A DNA stretch of 64,000 nt, taken from positions 20,631-84,630 of the forward strand of contig VGFS01000001.1 in NCBI GenBank assembly GCA_016868785.1, written 5' to 3'. The notes beneath the pieces are model-generated. The model searched no databases and had not been told where the DNA came from. It worked only from the letters and a program-made list of their open reading frames with translations. The position numbers and the translations under genes are program-made. This DNA is from Bacteroidota bacterium (GTDB lineage: Bacteria; Bacteroidota; Bacteroidia; NS11-12g; UBA955). Below are positions 10,160 through 21,344 of the stretch, in pieces (the first letter of the stretch is position 1; each line of letters starts with the position of its first letter).

Positions 10160-11494
10160 ATGGACGCCAAAAAAATCTCAACACAGTTTCTCTTTTCCAT
10201 CATTGCATTCGCAATGGTACATTCATCTTGCCAACAGGCGGTGGAAACCGAAAATAAAATCGTTCAGAACGATATATTATCAGTCTGTAACACTGCCATT
10301 CAAAATGCAATTGTAGTGGACCGAGTAGCGGCACCGGTCGGTTCTCGACGTTATGTCTACGCCTCCATCGCGGCCTATGAATCTTTGGTCCCTTTCTATG
10401 CCGATTACAAAAGTGTTGCCCCAATGATGAACGGATTAAAGCCAACACCCCTTCCCGATTCGTCTCAAAAATACTGTTTAGACTTAGTGGCCATGGCGGC
10501 CCACACGTTCGTAAGCAAGAAACTCGTATACAAGGAAGACAGCATTGCCAATTTCAGAAATCGACAGCTTGATTTTTACAAAGGCAAACTGTCGGATGCC
10601 ATGTTTGAAGCGTCTATCAATTATGGTGATAGTGTTGGTGCTCACATTGTTCGTTGGTCAAAATCTGATTCTTTCGCCTATTTCCGTGGCAGAGAGTTTT
10701 TCCTTGCACGCAACAAACCCGGTTCTTGGGAGCAAACTCCCCCAGATTTCATGGAAGCCATTGAGCCAAATTGGGGCCGTATTCGCCCTGTGCTATTAAA
10801 ATCGGTAAAGGAATTTTCATACGAACAACCCGAACCATACAGCACCGACAAAAAATCACGCTTCTACAGTATCACGAAGGAAGTATACGAAACGGTAAAC
10901 CAAAAAGACAGCACACAGTTGCAGACCGCTTGGTATTGGGACGACAATCCAAATGCTTCTGTACATTATGGTCACGCTACGATCAATGTATTGAAAGTTT
11001 CACCGGCCGGACATTGGTTGTCAATGTTTTCAACGGTGGCCCGACAAAAGAATTACTCACTCATTGAAACGGCCGATGGAATGATGCGTTTATCCTCCGC
11101 CATCTTTGATGCGTTCATTACTTGCTGGCATGTAAAATACCAAACCGATTACTTGCGTCCTATCACGGCTATTCACGATTTGATCGATTCTAGCTGGTCC
11201 TCGCCCATCCAAACCCCGGCGTTCCCAGAGTATCCCTCTGGACACAGTGTTATATCCAGTGCGGCGGCGAGTGTATTAACAGCAACTTTCGGCGAATATG
11301 AATTCATCGATAGTGCTGAGTTAAAATTCGGATTGGGTGTACGCAAGTTCAAAAACTTCCGTGAAGCGAGCAATCAAGCTTGCGTATCGAGGCTCTATGG
11401 TGGGATTCATTTCATAGACGCCATCGAGAATGGCAAAAAGCTCGGAAACCAAGTGGGCTCCTACCATATCGAGCACCTAAAAACAAAGAAATAA
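10160..11494 (+). CDS. PAP2-superfamily / vanadium-dependent haloperoxidase-like lipoprotein
   Basis: Signal/lipobox (AMVHSSCQQ). PAP2 motifs PSGHS (EYPSGHSVISSAAA) and SRLYGGIHF. 444 aa. Confidence 0.6.
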   Translation: MDAKKISTQFLFSIIAFAMVHSSCQQAVETENKIVQNDILSVCNTAIQNAIVVDRVAAPVGSRRYVYASIAAYESLVPFYADYKSVAPMMNGLKPTPLPDSSQKYCLDLVAMAAHTFVSKKLVYKEDSIANFRNRQLDFYKGKLSDAMFEASINYGDSVGAHIVRWSKSDSFAYFRGREFFLARNKPGSWEQTPPDFMEAIEPNWGRIRPVLLKSVKEFSYEQPEPYSTDKKSRFYSITKEVYETVNQKDSTQLQTAWYWDDNPNASVHYGHATINVLKVSPAGHWLSMFSTVARQKNYSLIETADGMMRLSSAIFDAFITCWHVKYQTDYLRPITAIHDLIDSSWSSPIQTPAFPEYPSGHSVISSAAASVLTATFGEYEFIDSAELKFGLGVRKFKNFREASNQACVSRLYGGIHFIDAIENGKKLGNQVGSYHIEHLKTKK

Positions 11495-11496
11495 AC

Positions 11497-14115
11497 TTAA
11501 GATAGCTGAGAGAGACGCTTTTCAATGATGGAGAGCTTCTCGCTCGCATCAGAGAGTTTCTTGCGCTCTACCTCTACAATTTCGGGTTTGGCATTTTGTA
11601 CGAACCGTTCATTTTCAAGCTTTTTCTTTACGGATGCGATGAATCCATCGTAATAGATTTTTTCTTTCTGCAATTCCTCACGTTCCTTGTCGATGTCGAT
11701 TTCAACAGAAAGTTCAACCCAAATTTCATGCACACCTACAATTACCGGCATACCATTAGAGGGTTTGGTGGTTTCATCTTGGTGAACAGTTACATTGGCC
11801 AATTTTTCGACAAAATCTTGCATGTGCAAAATACCCGTAGCAGATTTTGGAATCCAAATGTTTAAGGACTCTTTGGGCGATAATCCACGCGTATTGCGGG
11901 TATTTCGGATTTCTGTTACCAACTGCAAGGATTCCTGTGAGGATTCTCCGCCCGTGTTTTCATGGGCTGTTGGATAGGCCGACAACACCAAGGTTTCTGA
12001 CATACCATTGGTTAGTAGCTGTACGATTTCCTCTGAAATGAAAGGCATGTACGGATGCAACAATGACATCAACAATTGCAAAATTTCTTGGGCTTCACGT
12101 TGGGTTTGTGCAGAAATACCCTCTCCATAAGGGGGTTTGATTGCCTCCAAATAAACCGCACAGAAATCATCCCAAATCAGTTTGTAGATGGCCATCAAGG
12201 CATCAGACAAACGGAATTCTTGAAACAATTGCTCAATGTCTTTCAATGTATCATTCAAACGCGACTCCATGAAAGCCTTGGCTTGATTTGCCGCCGCAGT
12301 GGGTTCATTTTCGTGGGTTTCCCAACCTTGAATTAACCGGAACGCATTCCATATTTTGTTACAGAAATTTCGTCCTTGCTCAATTTGGGTTTCATCGAAC
12401 AAAATATCATTTCCCGCAGGTGAACAAAGCAAAAGTCCCATACGCACTGAATCAGCCCCATACTTTTCTATCAGTTCCAAGGCATCCGGACTGTTTCCCA
12501 GACTCTTACTCATTTTCCTGCGTTGCTTATCGCGAATCAATCCGGTGAAATACACGTTTTTGAACGGCATTTTTCCTTCAAATTCGTAGCCGGCCATGAT
12601 CATCCGTGCCACCCAGAAAAACAAAATATCCGGACCTGTAACCAAGTCATTGGTTGGATAATAATAACCGAGTTCTGTTTTATCAGCGTTCGCACCTATT
12701 CCATCAAATACAGAAATGGGCCACAGCCAGGAACTAAACCAAGTATCCAAAACGTCTGAATCTTGCGATAAATCACCGGCATTCACGGAAACGCCCTTTT
12801 GTTCGAATTCGGCGGCGGCTTCTTGCGCTGTTTTGGCTACCACCCACTCCCCGTTATTTGTATACCAAGCCGGAATACGATGGCCCCACCACAACTGTCG
12901 AGAAATGTTCCAATCTTTCACATTCTCCATCCAATGTCGGTAAGTATTCTTCAGCTTAGCCGGATAAAACTTCATTTCATCGTTCATCACTGATGAAAGA
13001 ACTTCAGGATTCTTTTTCATAAAATCCTGCATATTCATAAACCACTGAGTACTGATTCTTGGCTCAACTACAGCATCCGTTCTTTCGCTGTAACCCACGT
13101 TGTGGATGTAGTTTTCCTGTTTCGACAACAAACCGACTTCTTTGAGTGATTTCACCCATTGTTTTCTTGCAACAAAGCGATCTTCACCAACGAACAATTC
13201 CCCAGCCGTTGAAATTGTGCCATCGGCATTGAGGGTATCAATCACCGGCAAATTGTATTTCTGTCCGATGTTGTAGTCGTTGATATCGTGTGCAGGCGTA
13301 ACCTTAAGCACCCCAGTACCAAATTCAATGTCGATATATTCATCCGCGATGATGGCCACTTCACGATTGATGAGGGGCACGCGAACTTTTTTTCCAATCA
13401 GTGATTGATAACGTTCATCATTTGGATTCACACAAACCGCCACGTCTCCGGCAATGGTTTCAGGTCGGGCCGTAGCGACCATCAATTCCCCGTCAAAATC
13501 AACACCTTTGTAAATCACATAGTACAATTGATCCGTCGTTTCTTTGAAAATCACTTCCTCATCGCTGAGCGTTGTTTGTCCGGCAGGATCCCAATTCACC
13601 ATTTTGGTACCGCGATAAATGAGTCCTTTGCGATACAAATCAATAAAGACATCCACTACGGCTTCATAGAGACTGGGCTCCATGGTAAACCGTGTGCGAT
13701 CCCAGTCGCAGCTCGCGCCAAGTTTTTGCAACTGTTGCAGAATGATGCCGCCATATTTTTCCTTCCATTCGAAGGCGTGCTTTAAAAACTCCTCACGGGT
13801 AAGGCTAGATTTTGGAATTCCTTGTTCGGCCAGCAATTTTACCACTTTGGCTTCTGTGGCGATACTTGCGTGGTCTGTACCTGGAACCCAACAAGCATTG
13901 AATCCTTGCTTTCTTGCTTTACGTATCAATACATCTTGTATGGTGTTATTCAACATATGCCCCATATGTAAGACCCCTGTAACGTTGGGCGGAGGTATTA
14001 CGATGGTATAGGCAGGTCGCTCATCGGGAACAGAGCGGAAATATTTTTGGCTCAACCAATGTTGATACCATTTGTTTTCAATGTCTGAGGGATTGTATTT
14101 GGCGGAAATTTCCAT
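11497..14115 (-). CDS. valS: valine--tRNA ligase
   Basis: 872 aa with HMGH (GVLHMGHMLN) and KMSKS motifs. C-terminal coiled-coil typical of ValRS. Confidence 0.95.
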   Translation of the reverse strand: MEISAKYNPSDIENKWYQHWLSQKYFRSVPDERPAYTIVIPPPNVTGVLHMGHMLNNTIQDVLIRKARKQGFNACWVPGTDHASIATEAKVVKLLAEQGIPKSSLTREEFLKHAFEWKEKYGGIILQQLQKLGASCDWDRTRFTMEPSLYEAVVDVFIDLYRKGLIYRGTKMVNWDPAGQTTLSDEEVIFKETTDQLYYVIYKGVDFDGELMVATARPETIAGDVAVCVNPNDERYQSLIGKKVRVPLINREVAIIADEYIDIEFGTGVLKVTPAHDINDYNIGQKYNLPVIDTLNADGTISTAGELFVGEDRFVARKQWVKSLKEVGLLSKQENYIHNVGYSERTDAVVEPRISTQWFMNMQDFMKKNPEVLSSVMNDEMKFYPAKLKNTYRHWMENVKDWNISRQLWWGHRIPAWYTNNGEWVVAKTAQEAAAEFEQKGVSVNAGDLSQDSDVLDTWFSSWLWPISVFDGIGANADKTELGYYYPTNDLVTGPDILFFWVARMIMAGYEFEGKMPFKNVYFTGLIRDKQRRKMSKSLGNSPDALELIEKYGADSVRMGLLLCSPAGNDILFDETQIEQGRNFCNKIWNAFRLIQGWETHENEPTAAANQAKAFMESRLNDTLKDIEQLFQEFRLSDALMAIYKLIWDDFCAVYLEAIKPPYGEGISAQTQREAQEILQLLMSLLHPYMPFISEEIVQLLTNGMSETLVLSAYPTAHENTGGESSQESLQLVTEIRNTRNTRGLSPKESLNIWIPKSATGILHMQDFVEKLANVTVHQDETTKPSNGMPVIVGVHEIWVELSVEIDIDKEREELQKEKIYYDGFIASVKKKLENERFVQNAKPEIVEVERKKLSDASEKLSIIEKRLSQLS

Positions 14116-14163
14116 TGTTACAAAATTACGATTTTACACTTGTGTTTACGGGGCATTTCAAAT

Positions 14164-14195
14164 AAAAAGGCCACTCATTCGAGTGGCCTTTTACT
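14164..14195 (-). terminator. rho-independent terminator downstream of actF (minus strand)
   Basis: AAAGGCCACTC-GAATG-AGTGGCCTTT hairpin followed on the minus strand by TTTTATTTG. Separates the act operon from valS. Confidence 0.55.
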
Positions 14196-14211
14196 ATGTT
14201 CGTTGTTTTTA

Positions 14212-15597
14212 TTAAACTCCTACATCGTGGTGAGCCGACTCATCCAAATAAGGGTGATTGACGGCAACCAATCCTCTTTTTGTCAATGCGGTGAATACCC
14301 AATAGGTAAATACACCGGCGAACAACAAGAAGTTACCCAATTCCAAGAATCCAAACTGCATGCCTGAACCAAACACACCAGGGAATACCATCAACCATAC
14401 ATCATGGTAGTGACCCAAGATCATGATTGAACCAATAATCCCCAATACATAACGGTTTCTTTTCGCTGAACGCATCAACAAACCCAAGAAAGGAATGCAG
14501 AAACACATGGCGAAGTTCAATAAGAAATTGAATTTGTAGTTTTCGAAGCGAATTTGGTAATAAGCCATTTCCTCAGGGATTTGTGCATACCAAATCAACA
14601 GATACTGAGACAACCACAAGTAGGCCCAGAACACAGTGAAGGCAAACATAAACTTACCCAAATCGTGCATGTGTTCGTTGGTTACAAAACCCAAATAACC
14701 TTCTTTCTTGATAAAAGCTACAAAGAATGCCATGATGGTGATCATGGTTACCCAATGTGTTACAAAGTTGTAGAATCCGAAGATGGTAGAATACCAGTGG
14801 GCATCTACTGACATGATCAACAACCAGGCAATTACTGAAATGGTAAAACCAAATATTACGGCAAACGCAGCACTGAATTTTACTGAGGTTCTAAAGAACG
14901 ACACATCGCCCCTGGTGGCATTGTCTTCAGCGGCCGACAAAGAACGCAGCTTGCGCATCAACAAGTACCAAATCACAACCAGTACACTTGGGAAAACAAA
15001 CAACATGGTAGAATTCAAGAATCCTGACTTACCCGCCAAAATGGCATCGTAACCCGCATCACCTGGTTTTAGACCCAAATGCTCATAATGTGCCCAATGA
15101 TAGATATCGTTCTTACCCATCAACAAAGCAACGATTAAAACAACAAATGGCACTGGAATGAAGGTCATAATGGCTTCAGGAATACGCTTGATACCTACAG
15201 ACCAACCTGCATTGGCTATGTATTGAATGGCATACCACATCAAGGCAACCAATGAAATCATGAGAAAAAAGTATCCTGCAATCATCAAATTCGCCCAAAT
15301 GCGGGTATTGGCTGGTTTGTCCAAAGGATGGAACTCCATACGTGGACCGAATGCTTCGGTTTCTACGTTACCATGTTCTTCGTGCGCTGCAACAGCATGA
15401 CCTTCACCGTGTTGAGCGCCTTCGTGTGCCGCAACTTCAGTTTTCGCTGTATGAGTCTCTTCGTGACCACCCAAATTAGCAATACCAAGACCTGCAAATA
15501 TTAACCCCAAGACCATCAAGATCATGGAGAAACGCTTTGCCTTCGGAGAGAATACAAACTGCTCCTGTTTAACTTCAATATGATGTCCGTGTCCCAT
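14212..15597 (-). CDS. actF: alternative complex III subunit ActF (NrfD-like membrane subunit) with His-rich N-terminal segment
   Basis: Polytopic membrane protein homologous in architecture to ActC. Last gene of the actABCDEF order. N-terminal about 90 aa contain about 14 His (HEETHTAK...AAHEGAQHGEGHAVAAHEEHG). Confidence 0.75.
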   Translation of the reverse strand: MGHGHHIEVKQEQFVFSPKAKRFSMILMVLGLIFAGLGIANLGGHEETHTAKTEVAAHEGAQHGEGHAVAAHEEHGNVETEAFGPRMEFHPLDKPANTRIWANLMIAGYFFLMISLVALMWYAIQYIANAGWSVGIKRIPEAIMTFIPVPFVVLIVALLMGKNDIYHWAHYEHLGLKPGDAGYDAILAGKSGFLNSTMLFVFPSVLVVIWYLLMRKLRSLSAAEDNATRGDVSFFRTSVKFSAAFAVIFGFTISVIAWLLIMSVDAHWYSTIFGFYNFVTHWVTMITIMAFFVAFIKKEGYLGFVTNEHMHDLGKFMFAFTVFWAYLWLSQYLLIWYAQIPEEMAYYQIRFENYKFNFLLNFAMCFCIPFLGLLMRSAKRNRYVLGIIGSIMILGHYHDVWLMVFPGVFGSGMQFGFLELGNFLLFAGVFTYWVFTALTKRGLVAVNHPYLDESAHHDVGV

Positions 15598-15607
15598 TGT
15601 AATTTAC

Positions 15608-16225
15608 TTATTTAGTGGTAGCTGTTGAATCAGTAGTTGCGGCAGCAGCCACCGATTGGTTACTCAAGAATTTCACATATTTAATCACCTTCCAACGATC
15701 TTTTGGACTCAAAACAGAAGCATGGCTTCCCATGTTGTTCTTACCGTAAGTCAAAGTATGGTAAATTTTACCCTCTGGCAACGTTTTGATATACTCGTCA
15801 GTGTAGGCTTTCCAAGCGGGTTTCAAAGTAGAAACCTTTTTGAAAACTTCACCATCGTTTGCACCATTGGCGCCATGGCAAGGGGTGCAATATATGTTAT
15901 ACACGTATTGACCACGTCCGTCTTCCAAGGTAATGTCTGCGGGAGCTACAAGAGCTGCCGATGCCTCGTAACCGTCTCCAGAATTTTCCAAATTGTATTT
16001 GTAGTCCAATTTGCCTACGGCAACCGTCCCTGCAACAGGCTCACGCATGTTCATACCATAGGGATTGATTTTATTGCTGTCGCCTTGGCTGTAGGCCTCA
16101 TACCCTTTTGAGTAGTACATATCTGGGGCATATTCCCAACCGGGGTTATTCCCGCGACTTACGCAACTGCTCATCAAAGCAGCGGCAGCAATCGAACCGA
16201 ACAAGATATAAAGTTTGTTGTTCAT
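15608..16225 (-). CDS. actE: alternative complex III subunit ActE (monohaem cytochrome c lipoprotein)
   Basis: Lipoprotein signal (LMSSCVS) and a single CxxCH (CTPCH). Confidence 0.7.
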   Translation of the reverse strand: MNNKLYILFGSIAAAALMSSCVSRGNNPGWEYAPDMYYSKGYEAYSQGDSNKINPYGMNMREPVAGTVAVGKLDYKYNLENSGDGYEASAALVAPADITLEDGRGQYVYNIYCTPCHGANGANDGEVFKKVSTLKPAWKAYTDEYIKTLPEGKIYHTLTYGKNNMGSHASVLSPKDRWKVIKYVKFLSNQSVAAAATTDSTATTK

Positions 16226-16239
16226 TGTAATTCAGTTAA

Positions 16240-16806
16240 TTAAAGTACGGTTTGAACACCGTTGTGAAACGCACGCAATTCAACGGCACCATGATTTTTC
16301 ATCATGTCGAGGACTGCTTTTTCATCCATTCCGTCTGTTGTTTCGATGGTCAGTACCATGCGATCATCGGTTTGACGGATATCCAACAATTCGTTTTTGA
16401 TACCATGCACAAGGCGGTTTCTCCAGAAGAAGAAGAACGACATACCGAATGCGGTACACAATACAGTACCTTCAAACATTACTGGAGCCCAGCTAGGAGT
16501 GAAACGCACAGGCTTGTTACCGATATTCATGGGCCAATCATGTACGGACATGTACCAGATCATGGTGGTCACCAATGTCAATCCAGTTACCGCACAGAAA
16601 AATGCGATACGGGCCAATTTGCTTCGACGAGCGCCAATGATGCGATCCAAACCATGCACAGGGTATGGTGTGTAAACATCGTGAATGTGGATTCCAGCGT
16701 GCGCCAATTCACCAGCACCTGCCATCAATTGATCTTCGTCCTCCCACACACCAACCAACATTTTCTTGCGGTCGCGTAGGCTAAGTTTTTTATCTAAAAT
16801 TCCCAT
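16240..16806 (-). CDS. actD: alternative complex III subunit ActD (DUF3341-type membrane protein)
   Basis: 188 aa with 2 TM helices, located between actC and actE as in characterised ACIII operons. Confidence 0.7.
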   Translation of the reverse strand: MGILDKKLSLRDRKKMLVGVWEDEDQLMAGAGELAHAGIHIHDVYTPYPVHGLDRIIGARRSKLARIAFFCAVTGLTLVTTMIWYMSVHDWPMNIGNKPVRFTPSWAPVMFEGTVLCTAFGMSFFFFWRNRLVHGIKNELLDIRQTDDRMVLTIETTDGMDEKAVLDMMKNHGAVELRAFHNGVQTVL

Positions 16807-16829
16807 TGTGGTAATCTTTTAAGGTTGTA

Positions 16830-18179
16830 TTATTCGCGGTTGCGAAGGATTGATTTAACTTCAGCCATGTTGATAACAGGCAAGAATTTGGCAAACAAGA
16901 AGAAGCAGGTAAAGAAGATACCGAAGGTTCCCAAGAACAATCCGATTTCTGTCAATGACCCAGAATACATTACCCAACTTGATGGCAAGTAATCTCTGTG
17001 CAATGATGTCACGATAATTACAAAACGCTCAAACCACATACCTACGTTCACAACTATACTCATGATGAAAATGAACCAAGGTGTTGTACGAGCCCAACGG
17101 AACCAAAATACCTGTGGAGCGATCAAGTTACAAGTCATCATACTCCAATACGCCCACCAGTAAGGACCGAACATACGGTTGGTGAATGCATACTGTTCGT
17201 AAACATTTCCTGAGTACCAAGCGATGAAGAACTCTGTGAGATACGCAATACCCACGATGGTACCTGTAACCATGATGATCTTTGTCATCGCGTCGAGGTG
17301 ACCAATGGTGATGTAGTTCTCGTAGTTCATCACTTTACGGGCAACGACCAACAAAGTTGCCACCATACCGAAACCAGAGAAAATCGCACCGGCAACGAAG
17401 TATGGAGGGAAAATGGTTGTGTGCCATCCAGGAACAACAGAAGTTGCAAAGTCAGTAGATACAATGGTGTGTACAGACAATACCAATGGAGTACTCAAAC
17501 CCGCCAAAATCAAAGAGATCAATTCGTAACGAGCCCAAGTACGGGTAGAACCTGTCCAACCCATTGAGAAGAAACCATACATGGTTTTACCCAATTTCGA
17601 CTTCACTTTGTCGCGAATGGTCGCGATATCAGGAATCAAACCAATGTACCAGAACAACAACGATACGCTGAAGTAGGTAGAAATCGCAAATACGTCCCAC
17701 AACAATGGAGAGTTGAAGTTTACCCACAACGAACCGAAAGCGTTTGGCAAAGGCAAAGCCCAATACCCTACCCATACACGTCCCATGTGGAATACTGGGA
17801 ACATCGCTGCACAGATTACCGCGAAAATGGTCATCGCTTCTGCAGAACGGTTAATACTCATCCGCCATTTTTGACGAAACAACAATAATACGGCAGAAAT
17901 CAACGTACCGGCGTGACCGATGCCCACCCAGAATACGAAATTGGTGATATCCCAACCCCACATTACGGATTTATTGATGTTCCAAACTCCAATACCTGTC
18001 CACAATGTGTACAACAAACTCACCCCAAAAATTCCCAAGAAAATCAAGGACAATGTGAAACCCACCTTCCAAGCGATCATTGGGTTGTTCAAAATAGGTC
18101 TTGCAATATCGCGCGTAACGTCAGATGCCGTTTTATCGCCAGTTACAAGTCTGTCTCTAATGATTGAATCGTGTATCAT
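16830..18179 (-). CDS. actC: alternative complex III subunit ActC (NrfD/PsrC-like quinol-interacting membrane subunit)
   Basis: 449-aa polytopic NrfD-like protein directly after actB. Confidence 0.8.
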   Translation of the reverse strand: MIHDSIIRDRLVTGDKTASDVTRDIARPILNNPMIAWKVGFTLSLIFLGIFGVSLLYTLWTGIGVWNINKSVMWGWDITNFVFWVGIGHAGTLISAVLLLFRQKWRMSINRSAEAMTIFAVICAAMFPVFHMGRVWVGYWALPLPNAFGSLWVNFNSPLLWDVFAISTYFSVSLLFWYIGLIPDIATIRDKVKSKLGKTMYGFFSMGWTGSTRTWARYELISLILAGLSTPLVLSVHTIVSTDFATSVVPGWHTTIFPPYFVAGAIFSGFGMVATLLVVARKVMNYENYITIGHLDAMTKIIMVTGTIVGIAYLTEFFIAWYSGNVYEQYAFTNRMFGPYWWAYWSMMTCNLIAPQVFWFRWARTTPWFIFIMSIVVNVGMWFERFVIIVTSLHRDYLPSSWVMYSGSLTEIGLFLGTFGIFFTCFFLFAKFLPVINMAEVKSILRNRE

Positions 18180-18199
18180 TCGAATATTTATTGGGTGAA

Positions 18200-21100
18200 T
18201 TAAATTGAATCGTTGTTACGAATTTTGGTCATGTACTTCACTGATGATTGTACGTTAATTTCCTCAAGCACAGTGAAACCACGCTCGTTTTTGTATAGTT
18301 TGCTCACTTCACTTTCGGGGTTGTGCAAATCACCGAACACAATGGCGTTGCTAGGGCAAGCTCTCTGACAAGCCGTCAACACCTGAACTTCATTTGGAGA
18401 CTTACCCTCACGCTTGGCTTTCAACTTGCCTTCCTGGATACGCTGAACGCAGAATGAACATTTCTCCATCACACCACGAGTACGCACGGTTACATCAGGG
18501 TTTATGACCATTTTACCCAATGGATTGTTGAAGTGGAAGTCGAAACGATCGTTGTCGTTGAAACGGAACCAGTTGAAACGACGTACTTTGTAAGGACAGT
18601 TGTTTCCGCAATATTTGGTACCGATACAACGGTTGTAGGTCATCTGGTTCAAACCTTCTGTGCTGTGGGTAGTCGCCAATACTGGACAAACCGTTTCACA
18701 AGGTGCATTTGAACAATGCTGACACATCATGGGCTGGTGCAATACATTCACATTCTGCCAATGTTCAAAGTTTCCTTTTTCGTCTGCCGCAGCAATCTCA
18801 GTATCTTTCGTCAATACAGCGTCTGAGGTATTGAAAGAATAGTAACGATCGATGCGAATCCAATGCATTTCACGACGCAAACGAATTTCATCGCGCCCTA
18901 CTACTGGAACGTTGTTCTCAATTGAGCAACTAACGATACAGCTACCACAACCCGTACATGCATTCAAGTCGATGGCCATTGCCCACAAGTGGTTTGGAGC
19001 ACCGTCTTTGCGATATTCTGGTTTTTCCCAGATGGTATAAATATGGGTAGCAGGAATTTCATTTCCAGCTTTAGGATTCTTTTGCCATTTACCGAAAGTA
19101 GATTCACGAATGATGTCTCTACCTTCAATGCTATGGTGGGTCTGGGTTTGAGCCAAGGTGTAGGTATCATCGCCTTTGGTGATCTCAACATTTTTTACAA
19201 CAAAATTGCGGTTTCCTGTATTGTTCACGAAAGCAAAACCATTTACACCAATGGTGTCAAATCCTTTTTCCACACTGCCAGCAACTTTACCAGCATGGGT
19301 TCTACCATAACCTACGGCCAAAGCCACAGTTTCATTGGCTTGTCCGGGTTGTACCATGGCAGGAATATTGTTGTACGTGATATCACCTACTTTTACGTTT
19401 ACGGTATCCCCTTCTGAAATATCCAACTTAACGGCCATCGCCTTTGGCAAGGCCACATAGTTATCCCAACATACTTTGCTCACAGGATCAGGCATTTCTT
19501 GCAACCATGGGTTGTTTGCAAACGCACCGTCTCTTACACCCACTCCTTGGTAAAGGACCATGTCGACCCCAGTAGATTTGGCGTTAGCAGAAACATATCC
19601 TGCCAAAGCGTCTACACTACCGGTGTATGAAGTAGCTCCTTCTGAAGCGGCAGACAAGTAAACACCTTTTTCCAACACACCGTTGAACGCATCATCAGAA
19701 CCCAAGCTAGCAGCCCAGTTTGCGCGGATGAAGTTGTAGTAAGGAGAAGCCTGCAATTTTTGAGAGAAGATTCCTTTCGAAGCAAATGGATCCTTTTCAG
19801 GGGCAACCAAAGCGTTTGCCCAGGTCAACAAGCTGATTTGTGCTTGGCGTGTATTGAATACATTTGAGATGGTCGGCTGTGTGAAATGGTAAGTACCTTT
19901 TCTTGGTTCAGCATCGTTCCAACTTTCCAAATAGTGATTATCGGGACAAACGTATTGACACAATGCCGCTGTTTCATCTTTGCTTAATGCGAAAGACACC
20001 GACAATGAAGCCTTCTTCAACGCTTCTGTCCATTCTTTGCTATTGTGGTTGTAAACTGGGTTGGTATTGTAGAAAATAACCCCTGCAATGGCACCTGATT
20101 TCAAACCCGCCAATACTTCAGCGGTTTTCTTGTCAGAACCTCTGTATTGGTTGCTGTGATTTACCATGTCAATGGTAGCACCATAGTTGCCCAACAACAT
20201 GTTGATACCATTCACAATCTTTTGCACTTCCACTTCGTTGCTTGAAGAGATTACCAAAGAAGTTCCTTTGGCTTTCACCAATACATTGGCGGTCTTTTTG
20301 ATAGAGTTTCCAGCCAATTCACCTTGCTGAGGCACCGGAATTTGCTTGGCACCCGTTGCGATGGCTATATAATTGTAAAGGGTTGCCAAATACAAAGCCT
20401 CTTGTGAAGCACGCATGGGGAAACGGAAATCTGCATTGGTTCCGGTCATGCTCATGGCACTTTCAAATTGAATGTGCTTAGACATACCACCGGCAACCGC
20501 AGGTTGACGGTTTACGGTGTAGCCTTTTGAGAATTCAACAGGCGAAATCCATGTACCCAAGAAATCAGCGCCAAAGCTCACAATTACTTTTGCTGACTCA
20601 AACTTATAGGTTGGCAAAGCACGCTTGCCGAAATCTGCTTCATTCGCATCCAACATACCGCTGTAAGAAACAGCATCGTACATTACGTGCTCAGCAGATG
20701 GGTAAGATGCCTTGAACGACTCAATGGCTCTCAAGGTTGAAGGAGAATGGATTGAGCTTGACAAAACCACTACTTTGCCGTTGGCAGCAGTAATTTTCTT
20801 CAATTTGTCCGCAATCTCAGCATCCATGGCTGCCCAATCGGTTTGTTCAGCACCATTCGACAATGGATTTGCCAATCTTTCGTTGTCGTATAGAGAAAGG
20901 ATTGATGCCTGTCCAACCGCACAAGTACCGCCTTGTGAAATGGGTGAATCGACAGAACCATCCACTTTGATAGGACGACCTTCACGCACTTTCACCTCGA
21001 TACTACAAGCGGCAGAACAAGCTCCGCAAGTAGAGCGATAGTAGTTGGCTACACCAGGGGTAACATCATCAGGTTTTACCAAGTATGGCACGGCGTGACG

Positions 21101-21319
21101 AACCGGTGTTTTGTAGCAAGCTGCTAAAGCAACAGCTGTTACACTGAAACCAAAGTACTTCAAAAAGTCTCTGCGGTTTGCTTGTAACTCTAAACCGTCT
21201 TCGTTGAAAACTTCATCCAAAGGGAGATCATCGTGAAACTCATTTTTCTGAGCTGCTAGAAACTGTGGGTTCCTGTTCAACTCATCTTCACCCTTCCAAT
21301 ATTTGATATTATTTGACAT
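18200..21319 (-). CDS. actB: alternative complex III subunit ActB (fused molybdopterin-oxidoreductase-like B1 + 4Fe-4S ferredoxin-like B2)
   Basis: Tat motif ([11 protein letters not shown]). Multiple Cys clusters ([46 protein letters not shown]). 1039 aa. Confidence 0.85.
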   Translation of the reverse strand: MSNNIKYWKGEDELNRNPQFLAAQKNEFHDDLPLDEVFNEDGLELQANRRDFLKYFGFSVTAVALAACYKTPVRHAVPYLVKPDDVTPGVANYYRSTCGACSAACSIEVKVREGRPIKVDGSVDSPISQGGTCAVGQASILSLYDNERLANPLSNGAEQTDWAAMDAEIADKLKKITAANGKVVVLSSSIHSPSTLRAIESFKASYPSAEHVMYDAVSYSGMLDANEADFGKRALPTYKFESAKVIVSFGADFLGTWISPVEFSKGYTVNRQPAVAGGMSKHIQFESAMSMTGTNADFRFPMRASQEALYLATLYNYIAIATGAKQIPVPQQGELAGNSIKKTANVLVKAKGTSLVISSSNEVEVQKIVNGINMLLGNYGATIDMVNHSNQYRGSDKKTAEVLAGLKSGAIAGVIFYNTNPVYNHNSKEWTEALKKASLSVSFALSKDETAALCQYVCPDNHYLESWNDAEPRKGTYHFTQPTISNVFNTRQAQISLLTWANALVAPEKDPFASKGIFSQKLQASPYYNFIRANWAASLGSDDAFNGVLEKGVYLSAASEGATSYTGSVDALAGYVSANAKSTGVDMVLYQGVGVRDGAFANNPWLQEMPDPVSKVCWDNYVALPKAMAVKLDISEGDTVNVKVGDITYNNIPAMVQPGQANETVALAVGYGRTHAGKVAGSVEKGFDTIGVNGFAFVNNTGNRNFVVKNVEITKGDDTYTLAQTQTHHSIEGRDIIRESTFGKWQKNPKAGNEIPATHIYTIWEKPEYRKDGAPNHLWAMAIDLNACTGCGSCIVSCSIENNVPVVGRDEIRLRREMHWIRIDRYYSFNTSDAVLTKDTEIAAADEKGNFEHWQNVNVLHQPMMCQHCSNAPCETVCPVLATTHSTEGLNQMTYNRCIGTKYCGNNCPYKVRRFNWFRFNDNDRFDFHFNNPLGKMVINPDVTVRTRGVMEKCSFCVQRIQEGKLKAKREGKSPNEVQVLTACQRACPSNAIVFGDLHNPESEVSKLYKNERGFTVLEEINVQSSVKYMTKIRNNDSI

Positions 21320-21344
21320 AATGATGCTTCTTAATTAATGAGAC

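Noticed and set aside
11596-13785. Numerous 60-126-aa plus-strand ORFs inside valS
   Set aside because: They are antisense to a highly conserved 872-aa ValRS with uninterrupted HMGH/KMSKS architecture. The same applies to antisense ORFs within actB, nuoL/M/N, hppA, the BNR gene and the CRTAC1-like gene.
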